64,000 nucleotides of DNA from the human T2T-CHM13v2.0 reference genome, Homo sapiens, in NCBI RefSeq assembly GCF_009914755.1, contig NC_060941.1; one strand, written 5' to 3'. The position numbers were made by a program, and so were the translations under genes. Under the pieces are notes generated by a model. That model was given only the letters and a program-made list of their open reading frames with translations. It was not told the origin of the DNA and ran no database searches. Numbering within the stretch: the stretch's first letter is position 1; the number at the start of each line of letters is the position of its first letter. Below are positions 54,411 through 64,000 of the stretch, piece by piece.

Positions 54411-54851
54411 ATGTTTTTGGGGGTGTGATGTGGCTGGTTAGGTGTCTTGCCTAAGGGTATGGAAAGGGTTGGCTGACCATTTACTTTTGTGGCATGTGCT
54501 TGTATCATTAGTATTATCTCCAATCCATGTTTTCTTTGCAGTTACCTACTTTGTAAGGGTTGGTTTTCTTAAAGCCAGATCGCATAATCTATACCTCCAT
54601 TTACTGGTTACCTGTAAACAGCACAAGGTACCAGCTGTGCTCAGGTGAGTAAATGAGGAGCCCCACCCTCATGGAAACATTTCCTCTTTTCCTTTAGTGG
54701 CTTATAAGGACAAGTGTCTTGCTGACATAAGGACATGTGAAGGCACTGGGATTATTCAGTCATATGATAAATGTTAGTGAAGCTGGAATTATTTCCAGGT
54801 GACAAAAATTAGGCATTAGGCATTATACTTTTTTCCTTCTCCCAATGTTTC

Positions 54852-55135
54852 TTTTTTTTTTTTTTTTTTTGAGACAGGGTCTCACTCTGTTGTCCAGGCC
54901 GCAGTGGCATGATCTTAGCTTACTGCAGCCTTGACCTCCTGAGCTCAAGCTTCCCAAGTAGCTGAGACCACAGGCACGTGCCACGACGTCAGGCTAATTT
55001 ATTTTATTTCATTTTTTGTAGAGATGTGGTTTCACTGTGTTCCCCAGGCTGGTCTCAAACTTCTGAGCTAGAGCAATCTGCCTGCCTTGGCCTCCCAAAG
55101 TGCTGGGATCACAGACATGAGCCACCAAACCCAAC
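54852..55135 (-). mobile_element. AluJ with internal deletions
   Basis: gagacagggtctcac...gcagccttgacctcctgagctcaagc; TSD CTCCCAA(T/A)GTTTCTT. Confidence 0.9.
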
Positions 55136-55452
55136 CTCCCAAAGTTTCTTAACCCTAACTGAATCACTTGGGAGATTTTAAAACATACAGATGCTGGGGT
55201 GCTACCCCTAACTCAATTCTGAGGATGGGACCTGGACATCAGCATTTTGAAATTTTTCCCTGAGTGGCTCTGATGTAAGACTCACTACTGAGAAGCAGTG
55301 TTCTAGACTGATGCATCTTACATTTTAATTTGCATAAAATCACCTGTTAAAATGCAGATTCAGGTTCAGTGGGTCCAGGGTGGGGCCTGAGACTGCATTT
55401 CCAACCAGCTCCCTGGTGGTGTGGATGTGCTGATTGGTAGAACACCCTAAAT
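55136..55452. mobile_element. Two adjacent MER5-family MITEs
   Basis: gaatcacttgggagattttaaaac...; aaaatgcagattc...ggggcctgagactgcatttccaaccagctccc. Confidence 0.75.
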
Positions 55453-56199
55453 AATGAGCTCCAGACTGTGCCGCCCCCTGTCCGCAGTAGCCTCCTCACC
55501 TCATTCCTCCCTGTCACTATCCCAGGCCTTTGCTGAAGAGTCAGGGAGCAGTCTCCGCTCCCTCCTGGCAGAGCCGCCACGCCAATCCAGCTGCCTGGGC
55601 TGCTGGTCACAGCTTCTCAGAGAAATCTGGCTTCCAGATGTTAAGAACAGTTCCTTAACAGCTGGAAGAATATAATAAAATAGGCCAGACCCCACCCCCT
55701 GGTGAATTTAAGTATGTGTGTCTCTTGCAAACCACTCATCAGAGGCACCCGATGGTCATCTGCCTGCCCGCAGACTCCAGGCAGGTTTGCTGGCAGTGTA
55801 GCCGGGTGGGGTCATGGAGATGCTGGCAGGAATGACCCCCCTGTGGGGGGCGCGGAGGGAGCAGTGGGCACCCAGCCAGGGCTCTGTCAGTGGGACTGGT
55901 CTGAAACCATACCTCATAATAAAAGTCATATAATTTGTGGCAGCGCTGAAAACCTGCTCCAAGTAGTGGTTTCTTGATGGAGTTTTGGAACCTTATCTGC
56001 GGCTGGTAACCATTCCTTGAGAACTTGTTGGAGAAAGGCGAGTGAGCATCTTAAGAAGGCTGCTGGGGAAGCTGAGTGCACCAGGGCGGGGGGCCAGCAT
56101 GCCCGCACCCTGCACAGCCAGGTGCGACACTCAAAGATTAATGGATGATTTGGGTTTTTTTTTTTTTTTAACCTAAATGGATGCACCTTAGGGTCTTTT

Positions 56200-56487
<288 letters not shown>

Positions 56488-58095
56488 TAGGGTCTTTTAA
56501 AAGTAACAAGGTGACCTAGGAATTCACTGCATGACTTGTTTTACCTCTCCCTGTCCTGAATCTTATCCCATCATGATAGTTGGTAAAGCACCATGAACAT
56601 CTGCCTTACAGACATGTCAAGTGGATTTTAACAAGTGAGGCTATATACAGAGACAAAAGTAAGCATGTGTGGAGATAGAGATTGGGCTAGGGGAGAAATA
56701 ACAAGGCTAGTTTGACTGATAGGAGGGGCTAGCTATCTTCTCAGAAGTGCAGGTGTTTTTAAGCAATCCTGACTGGTGAGGTGGATCATTTGTCTCACAG
56801 AGGAGGATACCAAGGGTCAGAGTGGTTGAATAACCTGCTCAGAGTCATGCAGCCAGTTGTGCTAGAGCCAGGATTTAAGCCCAGATCTACCCAGCTCCAA
56901 AGTCTAAGCCCTTTTCCACCCACCTCAGTGGGGACATTAAGTAGATTGAAACTCCCTCTTAGCTTGTGTGTTGCTCGCTGCATGGATGAGGCTGGAGGAT
57001 GAACGTGAGAGAAGGTGACAAATTTGAAACCCACTCTTCAGTGGAGTAGCTGGGGGTACCAACCCAAAAACCCACCTCCAGAGGGAAGAACTTCCAGCTG
57101 ATACCCCATCTCCCCTGAGCTCAGAAAGCCCTGAGTTGAGAATCCTTGAAGGCCATGCTCCCGCAGTTGGAGCTCGCCAAAGCCGCCCCGGGCTCTGTGG
57201 TTTCCAGAGCAGATGCGGAGGCGGCACGTCCTCGTGCCCTTGCTCCAGCTGCGCACACGACCTCAGCCTCCTCTGCCCCGCTGGGCGCGAGCTGCAGTCC
57301 TGGCACCTTCTGCTGGGGTCCTGATCTGAGCCAGTTGTCTAGCGATTTAATTTGGTGAATTTACCACTGCGTCCCAGAGTTTATATTGGCACTTAACAGC
57401 AGTAATATGTTTCTCTCTCGCCAAGAACTATTTTCCCGACCAAGATGGAACACCACGCACAAAAAATAGGTTTGTGAACTAATCTGCTGCCCTGACAAGT
57501 GTCATTCACAGAATCACTGCTATAGAGCGCACTCGGAATTAAATGAGGCTGGGGTTGTCTGGCCTGGATCACAGGTGCTTTTTCCCACTCAGTTAACAGG
57601 AGTCTGGGATGAGACACCCTTTCCCTGCAGCCGCAGGCACTTTCAAATCACACTATCAGTATTCATGACAGATTTCTCTCTTAGAAAAATGGTTTGAGGA
57701 TGGTTAGAGGTCTCTCTCTCTCTCTCTCTTTTCCCTTCTAACCTCCCTTTCTTCCCTCCTGGGTGGTTCTTTTTAGGATGCCCCCACCCTGTCTGTCCTT
57801 ATAAAATGCAGCTCTGTAAACATTTGTCTAATTTCACAAGCTCAGGGAGGTGCCCCCATCAGTTAAAAAAAAAAAAAATCTCCTAGTGCCTGATGCCTGT
57901 TTGAAATTCTAAAGTGGAACTTAATTGCTTTCGCGTAAGGATTTGATTCGGGCAAACTGCCCATACCTCTGGGAGTAGAAGCAGGATCTGTCATTTACAC
58001 TTTAGTCTGAATGGGTGCCTGAACCTGGGAGAAAACAGCTTTGTCTTTCCCTGGTCTGCCTTGGATGTCAGAGGCTTCTTAAAGACAGCGTTATT

Positions 58096-58226
58096 GAGGG
58101 GCATGGTGGCTCATACCTGTGATCCCACCCCTTGGGGAGGCCAAAATGGGAGGATCACTTGAGGCCAGGAGTTCGAGAGCAGCCTGGCCAACGTGGCAAA
58201 ACCCCATCTCCTTAAAAAAAAAAAAA
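58096..58226 (+). mobile_element. FLAM / Alu left monomer
   Basis: gcatggtggctcatacctgt...ggaggatcacttgaggccaggagttcgag...A tail. Confidence 0.85.
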
Positions 58227-58344
58227 GTTTCCCACTTCATGTAAGAGAGTTCCTCAAAATTCTCTTTCCTGTGGAGAGTTCTAGATTCTCTTTTACCATA
58301 TGGTCTCCACTTAGCTTGTCTTGAATTGGGAAGCATAGGGCAGA

Positions 58345-58520
58345 GTCAGGCTTGCGTCAGCATCAGAATTACCAGAGACCTGGGTAAAAACGCAGTTCCT
58401 GGGCAACACCCACTGAGACCATGTTAGGAGCTGGCAGAGCCCAGGGATCTGCATTTTTGACAAGCCCTTCCCCCATGAGAGATTCTGCTGCAGGACCATA
58501 CCCAGAAGCATTGGTCTAGG
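58345..58520. mobile_element. MER5-family MITE
   Basis: gcatcagaattacc...agcccagggatctgcatttttgacaagc. Confidence 0.6.
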
Positions 58521-61500
58521 AGCACACTTGGCCCTCAGCCCCACCTTGATATATTGTCTAGGAGCATCCATAAATAAATGGTCGCCAGGTTATGGTGGCC
58601 AATTGGAAAAACTCTTTGTAACTAAAGCCTGATGAAACACTTGCTGGTTCATGGTTGGCGCCTGACTTTTAGAAGGTTTCTCCTCACATTTCAAGGTCAA
58701 GGGTTGGCCAGCGCATCCCTGAGCTGAAAAGGAAAGAAGAGCACCTTTCCAGTTGAGAAATTGGCTCCCCTCTGGCAAATGCCGCCAACGTAGCTTAATA
58801 TTAATTTAGGGAATGCAGTCTTGTGCAGTTCCATGGAACTAGATTGGAAATCTGATAGTGCCATTTCTGTTATCTGATTCCTCACACACCTGAGATCACT
58901 CCCCGCCCCCCACCCAACTCCCCCCAGCCCCAAAGGTGGCTGCAGAGGCGCAGGTGTGAGCTGGCTCACTAAGTCGCTTTCCCCCTCCTGATTAAGCGTG
59001 TGGGGGAATAAAGAAGACCCGTGTCGACTCACGCCGATCTCTGCCTTGCCTGTGCTTGAGCCACTTGTAATTCCCCACAGCCCCAGCCAGGTCTGCAAGG
59101 CAGGAAGAAATATGACCAGGCAAGTTGAGAAAATAAATTAAACTAAGTGTCAACTTTTCTTGTTTCTCTCCTCATTATTAAGAGATGGAATGGGGCTCGT
59201 TTATCAAGCAGGGGGAGAAATTAATTGACACGGCTTTAATATCATGATGTCTGGCGTGTCTGGTCACATTCCTTCATTTTCTGGAAAGGCATTTTATTAT
59301 AGTTTACAGCAACCAGCTGCCAAACTACTGGTGTAAACGAGGAAGCAGGTGCATGAAGGATGCCACAGTGGAGGGGCTGCGATGCCACCCTAGAGGGGAC
59401 GGAGACATGGCAGAGAAGGAGGGCCAGTTCAGAAGGGACCCCAAAGAGAGGCTGCTTATTTTGGGGGGAGGGAGGAAGAAGGATATCAGGGAGGAGGGAG
59501 GGCTGTGCTAAGAGGGCATGCCAGCAGACCCCTCGCATCCATCGCGGGCTTGTTTACTGGCCCACCAGGAGGGCAGTCTCAAGTATCTGCCTCTGATGGC
59601 CTCCTGACCTGGAAGTCTTTGTTCTTAACCATCCCTGAGGCTGGGTGCTGTGTACAGCTCAGGTCAGCGTGCCTGCCCCTTTTCTTTCTTCTTAATAAGG
59701 CCAGGGAAGTGAGCACTTCTCTGTCCCTCCCTCCAGGGCAGCTGACTCATTTGAGAGCCAGTTTGCTGCAAAGAAACTTCTAGCATCAAGTCTGGCATCC
59801 CAGTCCTACTTCAGGTACATCTGCGGTTGGGGGTCTGGAAAGGTTCGGAGAAGTCACTCTGCTGTGCTCATCCTGGTTAGACTGGCTTAGGAGATACTCT
59901 AGCTGTTTTTCTGTGTGAAGGTCTTCTTTGCTGTGTATCTCTGAAAATCCTCAGTGCCTCCTTCCCTGCTCTTATATTTAAGAAATCACATACTTCAGGG
60001 TGCAGGGGAAGCCAACATAGAGCTGGAGTGGATGACCATATCTTTCCCCACTCTCTCCTTGCCCTCTGTCTGCCGGATTGTAAGAACTGAGGGCTCTTGC
60101 CTATTTCATAGATGTTCTTACAGGGAAACATGACAGAGACAGGGTTCAGGGGTGCAGTTGTTGGACAAGGTAGGAATTGATGAGTATGGAACAGTCTGCC
60201 TTCATATGAAGAAGGTGGGCTGCAGGGGAGAGAACACAGGGTCCCACTGGGGCCTCAGTTCTTCGTCTGTGAAGTGGGAACAATCATTTCTATTCATACT
60301 CCCCAGGGTGGGGCTGGGGGTGAAGATTGAGTTACAGAGTGGCTGCTCAGTGACGGCAGATGAGCTTTCTCTTTTTAACATTATTATTAGAATGTGGACT
60401 GATCCTCAATAACCACCTTTGGGAAGCAGATGCGAGTTGTAATGGAAGGAATCCTAGCCCTTCCCACCTTACAAAGTCCACATTGGCACCCGGATGTAAA
60501 AGCACACACAGCCTGATCATCACCCACCCTTTCCCAATCCCTAGTGTCTGAAAACGCCCAGGAACCTCTAATGGCGACTCCAATTGGCTCTCACTGAAGC
60601 CAAAGTATTGTGCAGTGATTTCCCAACATGGCAGCCAGTAATCAGAAACATGCTGCTGCTTTTGAAAAGGTAGCTTGTTTTTTTTCTTGGAACATACTGA
60701 TCTTCTGAGTTATATTTTTCTTAGAGCAAAGCCAAGGCATGTGATGCCACCTCCCCATGCCTGCCATGCATCTGTGCACACTACTCATCGCTTCTGCACT
60801 TCCAGGTGGGGCCTCAGACCTTCCAAGTTTAGGGTTGCAGGACAGCTGACTTGCCAAACCTGCCATAGCTCATGGAGGTGACCTAGAAACGTTCCGCGTT
60901 GGGGCTGGGGACAGCCCGAGGTGTGGGGTTGCCAATGGACGCACAGCCAACTGGGGCTCGACTTGTGACGATGCAAGCACACCACCATGCCTCCTTGCCA
61001 GGCCGGTCCCTCTCATGCTCTCTGAGCCATATGGCCACCAAATCCATCCCTGAACACTTACTGATCCAAAGAAGACCCTGACAGTCTTCTCCAGAAAAGT
61101 AGGGGGGAGTGTGAAAGTAACTTGGGGTACCACTCCTGGGTTCAGTTCCTGCCTCTGGTTTAGCGGCCATGTCACGATGGATGAGTCACTGAACTGTGCA
61201 GAGCACTTGAGCACAATGACAGTAGCAGAGCCTGCCCTGCCTCTCGCAGAGTTGCCTTGGGGACCAGGTAGGACGATGGATGAAAAGGATTTTCAAACCA
61301 GAAAGTGCTCCCCACACCCACACCCAAGGGATTCATTTGTGCTGGAAGCAACCCATGAATATTGCTTTCCCCAAATACTAGGTTATTAGCAAGAGAGGGA
61401 AGCTGCATGAGTTATAAATATTCTTAAGTACACATACCTTAAATTTCTCATGGGATACCCAGAATAAATTTGACAATCTGGGGTTTTTTCCTCCCTCATT

Positions 61501-62801
61501 TTTTTTTCTCCATTAACCAAGTATGTTAACTCATGACTTGCATTGATTTTCACTGAAGATGCATTAGATACTACATGATTGCCCATTAGTGTTCATTGAC
61601 CTATATGATAAGAGAAGAAAATTATTTTTGAGGCTAGGAGGAGGCTGTTCCCATCTTTCTCTCTCTGACCTAAAAAAAAATTCTCTTGTAAGTTAACTGT
61701 CGATGTTCCTCAGTGACTGCATTTGGAGCAGGTCATTTTAATTTTGAGGTATCTCGTTTTCAGATTTCGATCTTCTTCTTCTGTGTATGTGGTCTTTTGT
61801 AGCTTTTATTATTCAGATGAATATTTAGTTTTGTTCATTTGGATAAAAGAGGGGGAAAAGGTTTGACTGTTAAATGCTTATCTCTTAAATAGTGCTTACT
61901 TGTTAGTTTCTAATAATAGCTTCATTCAAGAGAATGCCAGAATTTCATTTTTAAATGCTCCCTGTCAACTGCTACCCTATTAATATCCATTTTTAAACCA
62001 CTGGTGTTTAGGGTTAACCTTCCCACCACCTTCTTTGTCCCCGCTTTGCTGACTACTGGAGCCCCTTGGAAGTGTGGGGTGCAGTTAAGGTGGGGGCTTT
62101 AGGAGAGGCGGGGCAGGTGCCACTTTGCTGATGCCAGGTGAGAAGGGTTTCTTTGGTGAACTAGTCTCTTGTTGCCCAAGTTCTGGCCCTTTGTTTCTCC
62201 CACCTCCCCTAGTTGTCAGTCCCTGGGTCTCCTCTCCATCCTGGGTGGTGGCTTGAGTGAGTTTAAATACCCAGGGAGGAGTTCTCTGGTTCTTAGGACC
62301 AAGGGAGATGAGCAGTGGATGTTCACAGGGGTAACCCAGAGGGCCCCGATGGAGTGCCAGCCCTCACAGACTCGCCATAGACTAGAATCCTCACTCTGTC
62401 AGGGCCTGGAGCAGGATCCCTGCTTCTGCCTGCATCTCTTACAGGTCCAGAGAGGCAAAGGGAGTCTCTGGGGCACATAGCTTGTTATCTGGCCCCTTGC
62501 TGAGTGAGGATAATTGTGTGTCTCTTTTACCTGGCTGCTACACCTCAGTTTGATGGGCCTTCATGAGGCTCCATTTCTGATTCTCTGTGGGGCCCTCTTC
62601 TAGGGCAATGAGAAGGAAATAATCATGACTCCCTGTCCTCCATCTCTCCCAAATCTCTTGTACATCCAGTAGATTGTTCAAAAGACTATGATGCCTTAAA
62701 AACATATGTCAAATAAAACAAGCCAGGCACAACAGTACAGGACATAGAGTGTATGATGCCACTTATATGAGAAAATTCATAGTCATAACAAGTAAAATAT
62801 A

Positions 62802-63106
62802 AGCCGGTGTGGTGGCTCATGCCTGTAATCCCAACACTTTGGGAGGCTGAGGCAGGAGGATCGCTTGAGCCCAGGAGTTTCGAGACCAGCCTGGGTAACA
62901 TGGTGAAACCCCATCTCTACAAAAAAATTACAAAAAATTAGCCAGGCGTGGTGGCACACACCTGTAGTCTCAGCTACCTGACAGCCTGAGATAAGAGGAT
63001 TGCTTAAGCTTGGGAGATCAAGACTGCAATGAGCCAAGATTGTTCTACTTTACTCTAGCCTGAGTGACAAGGGACTGAAACCCTGTCTCAAAAAAAAAAA
63101 AAAAAA
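62802..63106 (+). mobile_element. AluJ
   Basis: ggaggatcgcttgagcccaggag and gaggattgctt diagnostics; A tail. Confidence 0.92.
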
Positions 63107-63222
63107 GGAAAATAGAGGTTACTAGGGCTGGGGGAGGGGGAAATGGGGAGTTATTTAACGGGTACAGAAAAGGTCAGGAGGTGGATACTGGTGATGGCTG
63201 CACAGCATTTTAAGTGTACTTA

Positions 63223-63579
<357 letters not shown>

Positions 63580-64000
63580 TTACCAAAATAAAATACTTAT
63601 TTCAGAAAAGAAGACTGTGATGCCAAAAGGATTTTTCCCACCCATCACTCTATCCCAAATTTCTGACCCCATTGTTTTTGTCCTCCTCTGCTCATTTTAA
63701 TTCATTTTGGGGGTTATTCAGCACTAAGTTACTAATTCATTGTAAATGCTAATGCATCTGTGAAGTAAAAATGATTATATGTTAAGGAATAACACTTATT
63801 GATAATTAAGTGTTCTGTTGCTTCTTTGCTTTCCCCAAATGGAATAAATAAATATTTTAGACATAATCAAGTTTGTTTTCTCTGCTCGGGCCAAACAGAC
63901 AGAGATGTTGAAATGATATAGGTCTTTAAAACACTGCAAATGAGTCTTGACATTGCTGAATTGTTATGCATCCAGGGTACATAGGCTTGAAATCCGGGCT

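Noticed and set aside
55462-55490. CTCF-like GCCGCCCCCTGTCCG, and similar weak matches near 13400, 58765, 59561
   Set aside because: Only the core matches; not supportable without a PWM scan or ChIP data
57155-57300. CpG island call
   Set aside because: Too short for a CpG island; kept only as a finding

Overview
Primate (almost certainly human) genomic DNA from inside the MSI2 (Musashi-2) gene, + strand. The only canonical coding sequence I can support is a 49-nt internal exon at 727-775 (VEDAMLMFDKTTNRHR-G, RRM2, ending within the RNP1 octamer). The rest of the window (776-64000) is one very long intron; I did not find the next constitutive exon (GFGFVTFE...). The intron carries about 17 Alu/FLAM elements, MIR, L2, L3, L1M fragments, MER5, MLT1 and LTR16 LTRs, a decayed hAT/Charlie transposase, microsatellites and several repeat-free AT-rich blocks that look like enhancers. 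The best second-look signals are hidden RNA-processing sites that would truncate MSI2 after RRM1: (1) an in-frame alternative last exon at 37275-~37760 adding a 111-aa new C-terminus with its own poly(A) signal; (2) an AG|GT recursive-splice-like or cryptic exon at 15304 followed by AATAAA and a UG-rich tract; (3) a 103-nt cassette exon at 54542-54644; (4) an 8-nt microexon or ratchet site at 43146; and (5) a closely spaced inverted AluY pair. All of these are sequence-based predictions made without databases, and some may already be annotated. Boundaries of old repeats are approximate.
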